Program-made: the position numbers and the translations under genes
Notes under the pieces: generated by a model
Databases searched by the model: none
What the model saw: the letters and a program-made list of their open reading frames with translations, nothing else
Told to the model about the DNA's origin: nothing
Source: Pristiophorus japonicus
Taxonomy: Eukaryota
Assembly: GCF_044704955.1 (NCBI RefSeq)
Contig: NC_091985.1
Coordinates: forward strand, 59,706,001-59,770,000
DNA length: 64,000 bases
Reading direction: 5' to 3'
Part shown: positions 24,963 through 37,499 of the stretch, one piece after another
Layout: the number at the start of each line of letters is the position of its first letter
Numbering within the stretch: the stretch's first letter is position 1

Positions 24963-25505
24963 TCATCATCATAGGCGGTCCCTCAAACCGAGGATGACTT
25001 GCTTCCACGTCAAAAAGTTCACAGGTGTTTCAATGATGGACCTAAAATTCCAGGTCCCGAACTACATGTTGAAGGGTGGAAGATGCCTGTGCGTGGATTT
25101 TTTTAACGTGTGGTGACCGTTGCACACCAGCCACCACACGGGCTTGACAGAGCTAGGTCTTGGTCCAGTAGCAAGGATTAATCAAAACGACTGGAGACCT
25201 GCTCTGCTGCACGGACCTAGTGCACGCACATATCACAGTGTGGGCTGGCCCGTGCTGCCCCTGGTCCTCGCCTCTTCTGGGCCCCGAACTCGCGCCTCTC
25301 CTGGACCCCGATCACGTCCCTCTACAATCTCTCGCCGCTGCTTCGCCCCAACCTCGCCACTCCTGCAGTACCTGCCCACGCTCCAATCACCGACCTGGAT
25401 CTTGATGACGTCCCTTTTCACTACCGTTGCTCTCCTGCTCCAGCACGTGCTGCTCCTTGGAGTGGTATGCTGCCACGCTGCTCCTTCCGCTCCCCGGCGG
25501 ATAAA
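24963..25505 (-). mobile_element. RTE-tailed non-autonomous retroelement
   Basis: (CAT)n-AGGCGGTCCCTC..GAGGATGACTTGCTTCCAC tail like the RTE copies; 9-bp TSD TGGTGGATA. Confidence 0.75.
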
Positions 25506-26384
25506 TGGTGGATAAATCCTAAATGAGATCACCTAGCTGTTTGTATTAGCGTGTATAATATATTTCCACATAAATGAATGGGAGCATAGATTTAGACTTT
25601 AGACACAGTCCCTGAGGTGCCATGGTATGCACCCAATCAGAAGATGAAAAGTTTGGGCACACCTGGCTTAAAGGATATGATCAAAAGCACTCACTCGGAT
25701 TACAGTATACGTTCCAGATAGTCTTATCCTGAGCTACTGATGTCCACTCTACAGTTTAAATAAACAAATTCTTGTTTCACACTTTCACCTTAGATGGCCT
25801 GCCAAATATCAGAAAAACAACTTAAGAAATGTACCTGATCATAAAAGAACCTGTCATTATTATCCTGCATATATTGACATTTTGTCAAATAATCAAAATT
25901 ACATTTGCAAGTGGATGCAAAACTGGCTTACATTCAGTCCAGTATTGAGCAGTCAGCTGAATTAATACATTTGCAGATGCTCGATATTTTTGGCTATTGC
26001 CAGATATAAAATAAATTCAAATACTTCAATAACTTTGTTCAGTAATCATTTCTGATCTAGCATTCATTAAAGATTGAAATATCCTGTTCACCACTTTATA
26101 TATTTTTTTCCTGTTTTATTAAGTTTAAGTTAAAAGGTTAAGGGCATGGTGAAACGTTAATGTGCTATACTCTCAAACAGGACATTCAAGTGTAAGTTCC
26201 AATTTAGGTTTTCTGATCTCAGCTGGATTGTATAGAGGAAGAGGGAAGAGCGTAAAGCTCTGTCTACTCAAAAAATGTTCCTCAGCCTCAACTCCATCAA
26301 ACAAACTGCTTCCAGTGTGACAATATTCCATCTCTCACACCAGCCATTCTGTGGCTTCTCGGTGAGTTACTAATTTAAGTAGGG

Positions 26385-26695
26385 CAGGGGAGTGGGACTA
26401 GCTGAAGCGCTCTTAAAGAGCCGGCACAGGCTCAACGGGCTGAATGGCCTCCTTTTCTGCTGCAATCAACATAACAAAAGCAGATTATATGGTCATTATC
26501 ACATTGCTTTTGTGGGAACTTGCTTGTGCTCAAATTAGCTGCCGTGTTTCCTACATTACAACAGTGACTACACTCCAAAAGTACTTCATTGGCTGTAAAG
26601 CACTTTGGGACGTCCGGTGGTCGTGAAAGGCGCTATATAAATCCAAGTCTTTCTTTCTTTCATTCTTTCTATAACCATTCTATGATTCTATGAAA
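26385..26695 (+). mobile_element. CR1 tail with inserted DeuSINE 3' part
   Basis: GGGCTGAATGGCCTCCTT..TGCTG | Deu block | TAACCATTCTATGATTCTATGA. Confidence 0.65.
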
Positions 26696-26954
26696 TTAGG
26701 GGATTAGTGCTCACTAGGAATTAGATTGACACTATCCAAACTCATAGCATTAGAGCTACAACTTAGTCCTACTTCCTTGCCTTTTCGCCAAACTGTTTTA
26801 ATTTTTTTCTTTAAAAAATATTTATCCACTTCCCTTTTAGGGGAAGGGGAGGGAGGGAAGAGGTTGGCGGGGGGGGGGGGAAGAAAGAGAGGGGGAGATG
26901 AGATGGCGAACAGGATCATAATCTCTCCCTATTGTCACCAATAGATCACAGTTT

Positions 26955-27320
26955 GGCCCGGAATTTGTGGCGTGTAATAACAGCTATTATTACCTCTTTG
27001 AAACTGACTGCAACTTCAGGATTTAGCACATGCGCATCCTACTGTGGAAATCCTGGTGTTGTGGTCAGTCATTCACTGCTCCTCCACTGTGCCCACCACT
27101 CTCTCATAGTTATACTCCCCATACTCAACCAGTTGCTTAGACAACTTGTTGATGTCACAGCAGCTCACGCTAGGAATTCCCCATTAATTCACACTGATCT
27201 CAACTGAACGTTGGAAAACCCAAGCTTTTCGCCACAGAGATCGCAAGATCTTTGTGGGAAGCTTACTTCGGGGCCAGCGGCGAACACCTTTGCTTCGCTG
27301 CTGACCGCAAATTATGAGCT
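26955..27320 (+). mobile_element. Short Harbinger-type MITE, related to 34989-36410
   Basis: GGCCCGGAATTTG ... CGCAAATT ends; both ends align with the ends of the 34989 element. Confidence 0.65.
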
Positions 27321-27502
27321 ATTATCTGGCCATTTATCTCACTGATGTTTGTAGGATCTTGCTATCTGCAAATTGGCTGTCCATTTCCCTACATTGCAAC
27401 AGTGACTACACTTCAAAAATGTACTTAATTGGCTGTGAAGTGCTTTGGGACGTCCTGAGATCATGAAAGGCACTATATAAATGCAAGCTATTTCTTTCTT
27501 TC
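27321..27502 (+). mobile_element. DeuSINE-like 3' part
   Basis: Same block as 360-515. Confidence 0.7.
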
Positions 27503-29004
27503 TATACAATCGCCTGTTCATACATACACATACAAATACAAAGGCAGCATATGTGCCATTCCCACACGCACAACTTACTTCCTGACTGTAGGAAAACTGG
27601 AACTGGGCATCCATCTGCAAAACAAAAAGATCATACATGATCTGCCCATAATAAAATTCTACATCTCACCTGAAACAAGCTTTGAGTATTTTTAATAATA
27701 GGTAATACCCTAAACTTACTTTAACTCATTTAAGAATATTTGGGGCTGTAACTTATTAACCATGAGGAAGGTTTTGCACAATTTAGTAAACAGATCATTT
27801 TGCAAACCAAGCTCCTTCTGCACGTTTTATATATTTATAAAACGAGCAATAGATCCCAGTCCTTCTGTAACGGGAGCAATTTACTGAAGCATTTGTAATA
27901 ATAAATAAGCGTGTGTGAGAGAGAATGTGAACTGATAGAATGGCCATGTGAATAATGTTCCAAGCTGCCAATATAACCGCACAAACTCAAGTTTAAACTA
28001 AGCATACACCAACAACGATTTAAAAAAAACGTTTTTGGACTTAACTTTCTAAGTACTCAGTGCTCAAAATACAATCCTGCAACTATCTGATTGAATTTAC
28101 AAATGTATTTTCCTCTAAAGAATTATCCAGCCAGCCAGGAATACTAAGGAAGGTGTAGATTTCATCAACTGACCAGGCAAAGCAGCAATTGATCTCTTTA
28201 AACAAAGCTGTATTGACCATAAACTAAGCAGCAGGGGGAGCTAATTCCCAATCTCAAGAGATTTCCTTAATAGTCCTGTGCTCATGAGCAACTAGGATTT
28301 ACCTATAATGTCAGTTGGAAAATGAATTATTAAAAACCAGTAAGTCAATCATCTCAGGAGCTTGGTGAGGCAAGCCGGATCTTGGGTTGAGGATTTAATC
28401 TTTATTCTGTCTTTTTTTTAATTGAAATCTATAGTATCCTTGATCCAATAATCTACTTGCCAATTTCAAGTCAGTTTCATAAATTGTATTTAACCAACCT
28501 GTATAAAGGATTAAGAAGTAGAACAGTGAATTTAATGTAACCTTGCAAAGGAAACTGACCAGGAGGGGGAAAATACAGAAACTGAAACTGAGATGAAACA
28601 TTTTTGAAAGGATTTTTTTTATAAACATGCTAAACACAAGCTTACAGAAAGTCAAGGAAAAGCAATCCGATTTTAATACGGATTAAACAGTCTAAACAGA
28701 ACAGTGCATTTCACATAGCCTTTTATTAACAGATGGTTTAAGTGCTTCTTACGTAGAAAATTCTAATAAAAGCGATGAACAAAATTTAGAACTGCTTCAA
28801 AATACTTGGAAAATAAAAGCTGCAAAAATTATGTAACTTTCTAATCGACAACCAGTTTCCTTCATAAATAACCAAAACATTTCTCGTGTTGTAAAAGGAA
28901 TCACAAATAAATAGAACATTAAATAAATAACACCTCAGTGATGGGAAAATTATTTTAAACATTTCTGAGGGACAGAATAAATCTTCATTTAGAAAGACTC
29001 GTTT

Positions 29005-30265
29005 TAATCAAGGACAGTCAGCATGGAAGGTCATGTCTGACTAACTTGATTGAATTTTTTGAGGAGGTAACCAGGAGGGTCGATGAGGCAGTGTGTATGA
29101 TGTAGTGTATAAGAATTTTAGCAAAGCTTTTCATAAGGTCCCACATACAGACTGGTCATGAAAGTAAAAACCCATGGGGTCCAGAGTAAAGTGGCAAGTT
29201 GGATCCAAAATTGGCTTAGAGGCAGGAAACAAAGGGTAATGGTTAATGGGTGTTTTTGTGACTGGAAAGCTGTATCCAGTGGGGTTCCACAGGGCTCAGT
29301 GTTGGGTCCCTTGCTTTTTGTGGTAAATATCAATGACTTGGACTTGAATGTTGGGGTATGATTAAGAAGTTTATAGATGAAACTAAAATAGGCTGTGTCG
29401 TTGATAATGAAGAAGAAAGCTGCGGATTGCAGGAAGATATCAATGTACTGGTCAGGTGGGCAGAATAGTGGCAAATGGAATTCAATACAGTTAAGTGTGA
29501 GGTAATGCATTTGGGGAGGTCTAACAAGGCAAGGGAATACACATTAAATAGTACGACACTGAAAAGTGTAGAGGAACGAAGGGACCTTGGAATGCAGGTC
29601 CACAGATCCAAGATAAGGTGGTTAAGAAGGCATATGGAATACTTGCCTTTATTAGTCGAGGCATGGAATACAAGAGCAAGGAGGTTATGCTTGAACTGTA
29701 TAAAACACTGGTTACTGTTGGAGTATTGTGTGCAGTTCTGGTCACCACACTACAGGAAAGATGTGATTGCACTGGAAAGGATGAAGAGGAGAGTTACAAG
29801 AATGTTGCCTGGACTGGAGAATTTTGGCTATGAGGAAAGATTGGAGATGCTGGGTCTGTTTTCTTTGGAATGGAGGATTCTAATAGGAGACCTGATTGAG
29901 GTGTATAAAATTATGAGTGGCCTGGATAGAGTGGATAGGAAGGACTTGCTTCCCTTGGCAGAGGGGTCAACAGGGGCATAGATTTAAAGTAATTAGGGGG
30001 AGATTTAGACGGGCTATGAGGGGAAATTTCTTCACACAGAACGTGGTGGAGGTCTGGAACTCACTGCCTGAAAGGGTGGTAGAGGCAAAAAGCCTCACCA
30101 CATTTAAAAAGTACTTGATGTGCACTTAAAGTGCCGTAACCTACAGGGCTACGGACCAAGAGCTGGAAATTGGGATTAGGCTGGATAGCTCTTGGTCGGC
30201 CAGCGCGGACACAATTGGCCAAAATGGCCTTCTTCCATGCTGTAAATTTCTATGATTCTATGATT
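29005..30265 (+). mobile_element. CR1 LINE fragment (RT to 3' end)
   Basis: SGVPQGSVLGPLLF, LEYCVQFWSPHYRKD and RGNFFTQ motifs; (TTCTATGA)n tail. Confidence 0.92.
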
Positions 30266-31189
30266 TTCCGTGGGGTAAAAATTAATGTTTTACTATAGCT
30301 ATTGATTAAGTGGTATTCATACTGGATCAGTGACAATGTGATGAAACTAAAGCATTATCAAATTGTCAAACTTTATTGCCAAAAGCCTTCACAAGACTAA
30401 CTGAATGTTGTTAAATATTAGTAAATATATTCATTTATTGAGAAATATATTAATCAAGAAACTACATGCAAAATAATGGATGGTCAGGGTTGCACAATAA
30501 ATGTTGCTATATGAATGTGACAGCCATTATGTGCAAATATAGCCCAAATCCAGATGTAAAAATGGTTAATTTCTTTAGAAATTGGAAACCATTGTATCAG
30601 AATCAGTGAACTATACAAATGCATGAATGGTTGCGATTATAAAGCAAATGAATGTGTAATACTCAAGGGGAAATACACAATAAGTATAGAAGGCTGAAAA
30701 TATAAAAATATAACTGGCTGGCACATTGGTTATAACTATCCTTTCATCACTGCGAGCTAGGATTAAGTTCAGCCTATACTTATGGGATGAAAGTCTCCTG
30801 CCCGAGTTGGCTGTTAGGATCTCATATGAAGTGAAGCTGGGCCGTCCCAACCCTGTTCCCCATGGGTATAGTTCCTATCCCAAAACTGTGCCTAATCTGC
30901 CAAATTAGGACTTCATTGGCACTCACAATCAGAGGCCATAAAAATGGCTGGTGTGGGAAATGGGAACATCATACTGCAATAAGAATATTCTTCCATCTTA
31001 GAGTTAAGGTCCACTTTTGGGGCAGTGCAGATGGAGCTTTTATCTGCATCGAACCTGTGCTATATCTGATCTTGGTGTTCACAATGCTAACCGCGGTGCA
31101 AAAAGTGGAAAAGGGTACTCCTTTCCCAAGGCTGATCTGCCTCTCCTTGATGGACATAAAAATTCATCAAAATATTGAGATATTAAATA

Positions 31190-31500
31190 TACAACAACTT
31201 GCATTTATATAGCGCTTTTAAAGTAGTTAAATGTCCCAAGGTGCTTCACAGGAGCGTTATCAAACAAAATCTGACACTGAGCCACATAAGGAGATATTAG
31301 GACAGATGGGGATAGGTTTTAAAGACTGTCTTAAAGGAGGAGCAAGAGAATTCCAGAGCTTAGAGCCTAGGCAGCTGAAGGCACGGCTGCTAATGGTGGA
31401 GTGATGGAGTAATTAAAATCGGGGATGCGCAAGAGGCTAGAATTGGAGGAGCGCACAGATCTCGGAGGGTTGTAGGGCTGGAGGAGGCTGCAGAGATAGA
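31190..31500 (-). mobile_element. L2 LINE 3' end
   Basis: ACAACAACTTGCATTTATATAGCGCTTT tail plus the adjacent L2 3' sequence. Confidence 0.7.
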
Positions 31501-31843
31501 AATTAATTTTGCTTCCTGCTAATGTACAGTCCTTATTTAACTCTCTTTTGCTAGTTTGGCAAAATTAACACATGGCTCTTACATAATTAAGATTATGAAA
31601 AATGTCACAAAAAACATGGCTAATCCATTTTACAAATTTCAAAATGGTTTCAAAATTTCAGCCATGATCTTATTGAATGGTGGTGCAGGCTCGAAGGGCC
31701 GAATAGCCTACTCCTGCACCTATTTTCTATGTTTCTATGATTCGTGCCTATACTAACAGAGAAATGTCACATCATGACATTAAACATGTATCTGCTAAAG
31801 TCACCAAAAGTATGTTCTGGCCTGAAACCTCTAAGCAAACAAT

Positions 31844-33043
31844 GGGCTCAAGTTTTGACCTGAGTTGCTCCTATTTTTTTGGAGCAACTAGTTTAGAATG
31901 GAGCATCTTAGAAATTGCAATTCTCGGCATTTAGTTTGCTCCAGTTCTAGTGAGTTAGAATAGTTCCATTTTAGAACATTTTTTTTTTCAAATGGGGGCG
32001 TGTCCAGCCACTTACACCTGTTTTGCAAGTTTAGGCAGCAAAAACTTACTCCAAACTAACTTAGAATGGAGTAAGTGTAGATTTTTGTACGCTCAGAAAC
32101 ACCTTGCCTACACTTATAAATCAGGCATAGGGAACGAGGGATGGGGGGGGAAAGAGAGGGGTTTACAAAGTTAAACACTTCACTTTTACAAATAAAGAAC
32201 CATCATCAATAATAAATGAGAAATAAATCAATAAATCAACCAATAAATCAATAAAAAAAAATTAAAAATTAAAAATTAAAAAAATAATAAAAAAATCAAT
32301 CAATAAATAATTAAGTTTCTACTCACTTATTGTAGCACCAGGAGCCCTCCAACAGCATGCTGGGATGGGGCCTCCCAGTGTCTCTCTCTCTCTGCCTCTA
32401 TCAGTGTCTCTCTCTGCCTCTGTCAGTGTCTCTCTCTCTGCCTCTGTCAGTGTCTCTCTCTCTCTCTCTCTCTCTCTCTGTCAGTGTCAGTGTCTCTCTG
32501 TGTTTCTGACAGCGAGGCGTGGGGGAAGAGGAGGTGAGGGGGGGAGGGAGGTGAGGGGGGGAGGGAGGTGAGGGGGGGAGGGAGGTGAGGGGGGGAGGGG
32601 GAGAGGAGGGTGGAGGGGAGGGAGGGGGAGGCTGAACGGGCCCCGCCGACAACATGAAGGGAGGGAGTGGGGGGGGGGGGGAAGAGGAGGGGGAACGGCT
32701 GAAGTGGGGTGGGGAGCTGAACGGGAGGGAGGGAGGCCTGAGTCCCGATCTTCACCGGGGAGCCCATTTAGCCAGGTCTAGGGCCAGCATGCTTCGGGCC
32801 TCTCCCACGCCGCCTCGGGGGCCTGGAGGTACTGCACATGCGCGCACACTCTAGCGCGCATGTGCAGAGGTCTCGCACTGTTTTCAGCGCCGGGACCTGG
32901 CTCCGCCCCCGACCCCTTGTGCTGCACCACGCCGAGCATGAAGACATCCTGAGGAAACCGGAGAATCACAAGGTCAGTTTTCGGCGCCCTTTTTCTTCCA
33001 GAAAGTCGGCGCACCTTCTTACAGAGGGCGGAAACTTGGGCCC
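31844..33043 (+). mobile_element. Non-autonomous Harbinger-type element (copy 1) with CT microsatellite and G-rich core
   Basis: TIRs GGGCTCAAGTTT / AAACTTGGGCCC; TSD AAT; reverse complement of 37562-39117. Confidence 0.85.
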
Positions 33044-33221
33044 AATGAATGGATAAAATTAAAAACAAGAATCCCAAGTAAAGTGGCAATTAAAGCACAG
33101 TACTATACAGACTGCATCACAAGCTGAAATTTCCCATTAAATCAAAAATATTTCACTGTTCCAATCTTTCAGATTACAGCTGTACATTTGGAAAGTGGAT
33201 AGCACAGCAAAACAAGACAGT

Positions 33222-34625
33222 GGCCGGAATTTTCCAGGGGTTCAGTGGGCAGGATCAGTGGTGGCTCGAGTGGGAAATTTGATATTTTTGACAGCGGGTC
33301 AGGATTCCACTGTCAACTCGATCCCACGCGCCTTTCCGATGTCGGTCTGTCAGCACTGAGCAGACCCGACATGCAGCGGCGGGCGATCGAATTCAGGTAA
33401 CTAGTGGCTTGTTTAGAGCCACTTAAGAATGATTTTTTCAGCTTACCTTTTGCATTTGACAGGTCGCCCACCGGGTCCATGCAGGTCATGGACCGCCTGT
33501 CAAGCTAAAGCAGTACAGCTGATGAGTTGACAGCTTCAAATGTAAAATAAAAGCTCCCACCTTACAGAGATATCTTCGCTCAGCCACAATCTGTTCCTCA
33601 CTGCATTTCCACAACAGATTCAGCATGTTGCAAGTCTTTACACAAGTCTCCTTGCAGTCTGACCTCATTACCTCTCTCACCATTGACCGATCGCTTCTGT
33701 CATCTCTACTTCACCTGCCATCTATTCCAGCAACATGTGTGCCCTTTATACTCCCTCAGAATCCTACCATGATCAGCCCAACACCAACAGCACCAGGCAC
33801 ACCAGCAGCACCAACAACACCACCAACCTTCTCTGCAATCAACTGATGCTGCATAGGACATCAGCAGCCGACCACATTGCTGCCCAGGACGCCAGGGATG
33901 GCCTCACCATGGCCAGATTTACTTCACTTGATGCTGTACACTCTGGCTGCCACATGATGCGCCAGGTTGGCACCACCCCACACCAACACCATAAATCATA
34001 CTTACAATGCCCAAGCCATTCTTTTCACACTCATTACCACTACGGGGAGTACCGTTATGTCTCACCATTCGCTGCAACTCACTAAGCCACTTCCAAAGGT
34101 GCACACAAATCTGTCCAAGAACGCAGAGTGTTAAAAGTAAAGGTTTCCATGTTTGGCACCACATTAACAGAAACTTTACATGAACATTGGTGAAAACTCC
34201 CAAATGTCTACCCTTGTGTATTGTGGTGTGATTGCACTCAGATGAGGGAGAGTGTGAGGGGTGGCTTGTGAGATGGGGATGAATATAGATAGAGGGATGG
34301 GTGGAGGTCCAAGGTAAGTTGATGTGAGTAAGGATGTGCCGGAGTAGGGTAGGGAAGGCAGAGTGATAGCGATGTGATGAGTGGCACAGCAGGATGAGAT
34401 TTGTACTAATGTTCCATGATCTATTGAGATCACTGAAAGGTTTTGCGTCAAATGATGTCACCAGAACCGCTTCCTCTAATCGGGCCAGGAAATGCACTGA
34501 GCAGGCTTAACAAGCCCAATTAAGGGAAATTAATTTCACAGAGCCGGATGGAGCCAGCAGTGGGGTCGGGACCCACCACCGACGTCACCCGCCACGGACC
34601 AGCCAAGGTGAGCAAAATCCCAGCC
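33222..34625. mobile_element. Deleted Harbinger-derived element
   Basis: GGCCGGAATTTT ... AAAATCCCAGCC inverted ends; the interior resembles the Myb-gene intron/exon sequence at 43200-43440 in reverse. Confidence 0.6.
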
Positions 34626-34988
34626 ATAGATCTGACATGCATTGAAATATCATCGACTAAATTTCAAAGAGAATAAGAAAGCCATGAACATGGCTTGACG
34701 ATCTCACCTAGTACTGAAAGACAAGTGGCTGATTCGTCAAAGCAACAGCATAGATATCATGGAACTCTTTTTAAGGAAAGTTATCTACCGCTATCCTTAC
34801 GAACCCCTCGCATCAAACATAATTTCTCATCTGTGAGAGGAAGAGAACTGCTTCCAAACTCAGCTCATTTTTGCTCTGTTTAGAGCCACCAGTATGTATA
34901 CAAGACCTGGGATAATTCCTCTGCTGATTTTGACATTCTAATATTGTGGGGTTAGTCACTAGCATTATCCTTGGATGCTGGAAACATA

Positions 34989-36410
34989 GACCCGGAATTT
35001 GCGGTCCTGATGACGTCGAACTGGCAGCGTTTGCCGTCATTTTGCCTTTAAAACTGACCGCAACTTGAGAATTTAGCGCATGCACAGCCTAATGCAGAAA
35101 TTCTGAAGTTGTGGTCTGTCATTCACTGCTCTTCCACAGCTGTGCTCTGCACCCCCTGCCCAGTTTCTCCCACCACCCACAGAACCGGCACTCAGTGCAA
35201 TCTCACAAAACTAACGAAAATTTTGGTTCTTCCGCAGTAACTATGCTGTTAAATACCCCATTTAAACTTCAGAGTGACTGCTTCCAACGAACCGGAAGCT
35301 GCTGCCAATGACCAGAAGCTGTGTTGGTTTAAGTATTAATGCATAATAACAATAGCGTGATATCGCATAAATCTGTGGCGCTCTGGGTTGGTTTAATAGT
35401 AATGTATAATAATATCGCGGATTAGTTTAAGTATTAATGTATCACAGGGGGAGGGTTGCGGAGATTTATTTGTTCAGAGCGCAAGCTCTGGATGAAGGGA
35501 AAGAAGAAGAAAATTAATAAAAATTTGCAGAATTTTGCTATCGTAGATTTTCTTTTCCAGACACGGCTCTGTTCAGCAGTAGCGATGCTGCCAACCCGCT
35601 TGGTGCAAAAGCGGGGCCTGTAGGTTCTTGTTCGGGGCTTGATGCCTGCACCGGGTATTTAAAAAGCCTCCTCACAAGTTCTATTGCTCCCCTATGCCCC
35701 ATTGTCTCCTTCCCCGCTCTCTCTCCGTCTTCCGTCTCCATCACCCGATTGGCGGTACTGCGCACCCCAGGACCCGCCCCCTGCACCGAGCCTTCTCCGT
35801 GCACCAGACCCCTACAGTATTTATAGGGCCTATTCTATCGCTGGGAGTGTTCTGGGTAAAAACCACCGCCATTTTCAAACTGCACATGTGCAATTAATTC
35901 AACTTTGTTGGCAGCAGTCGCTGCCTTAAAAGTTAGCCCCTTTTGAATTAGGTGTAATTGGGGTTTTAACAGCGTATTGACTGCTAAACAAAGATTATGG
36001 CCCTGAAAAACAAATTTTAATTTTGTGGAGTACCAAATTTATCCATTTTCATAAAAATTTAAATTTAAGAAACTTAAAAAAAAAAGTTTTGTTTTAAGCT
36101 TGTTCATCTTTATTTCAGATTTGTCTTTTCCCCATGCGAGAGCTCCAATCTTTGTTTGGTTCTCTCTAACATTTTTTAAAAGTAAGAAGCAAAGCACTTC
36201 CTGGTTGGCTGTCTGTGAGAATTCTGCGTTTTGATTGGCTGCTTAAACAGCTTGTTGACGTCACAGCAGCTTTTCACTGGGAATCCCGATCAATTAAATT
36301 ACGCGCCAGAAAACCCGAAATTCTCAACACAGATCGCAAGATCTTTGTGCGAAACTTACTTTGGGGGCAGCAGCGAACAACTTTGCTTTGCCCCTGACCG
36401 CAAATTTAAT
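34989..36410 (+). mobile_element. Non-autonomous Harbinger-type element with a CpG-rich internal segment
   Basis: CCCGGAATTTGCGGTC ... GACCGCAAATTT inverted ends; ends shared with 26955-27320. Confidence 0.65.
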
Positions 36411-37499
36411 TACCTGAATCTAACAACTATGAAGGTGCAAATTTAAACACATCCATCATTCCACAATACAGCATTTCCATGCATTAATGCATGTAACATC
36501 AGACTGCCTAAAGGATAAAGCTTTTAAACTATTATTGTCTGAAGGACTAATATTTCTCTATATTGAGCTGGTTTCATAGTAAACAGAGGAGGTTTTAAAA
36601 ATGTGATCCAGCCTCTAGAAGAAGAATATTATTTTCTCAATTAGTTGTACAATTCTTGGTAAAAAATGCTACAATATTTAGCAATATTTATATGCTCGCA
36701 ATTTAAAAAGAAAAATTGTATTCAACAAACAAGCTCTTCAATTACGTCGAAAGGTGCTTCATTGCATCAACTGGGGTTATTGCATCATCCTCTTGGTTCA
36801 CCAAAAGAAAATAAATCTTATACAAGTATAACATAGTATACCTAATGCTTTCCTGCATTTTAGGGAGAAAGGGATGAAATGTATCCTCCAATTAGGTAGA
36901 CATATTTCTTGATTATAAGACAGTCAATTTCATAAAATTTCCCATATACGGTTTGAATGTTGGATAAAAAGGACAGTATTTTACATTCACAACCTAGACT
37001 CACTTAAAAATCAAAGAAAAATTGTTTAGCTATCACACCAAGAAGCAGACTTCCACTAAGCATGCAGATTACATGTAATATAGCTTTTCTAGTACAGAAA
37101 TTTACTTGGAAACACCAACCTGCTTTTAAATTCAACTTACATTCTAATCATAATTTGTTGTTCAAAAGCATATTTTAAAACTGGATGTTTTATGGAGCAA
37201 TGTTCTTTAGCAAGGTTTGCTACAAATCACTCGTCAAACTATAAAAACAAAAAAAGCAGAAAAATAACTTAATCTGCAGTTTATAACTGTAACTATGGTC
37301 TTCCAAATGTGGTTTATGCATGGTAAGTTAGTTAGTTAATTGGAAGCAGTGCTCAGAGATAAACCAAAGCAAAATTAATGACTTTGATATAAATGAGATA
37401 TAAATCTTAGGCAGCTTAAAGTGCTCAAACTAATAAATCTAATGGGAGAGATGGTATTTATCCCAGAGTGCTGACAAAGATGAGAAGATTTGGAAGACA

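Noticed and set aside
28395-28500. Good minus-strand acceptor (tcctttatacag) as a possible last exon
   Set aside because: In the required phase it stops after six codons and has no MTA similarity.
34801-34830. 30-nt AG...GTAAGG pseudo-exon on minus
   Set aside because: It gives an immediate TGA in the required phase, the donor context is weak, and there is no supporting homology.
36746-36770. Possible minus-strand microexon ending in GTAATT
   Set aside because: Poor polypyrimidine tract and weak donor; the resemblance to 11445-11472 is only about 8 nt.
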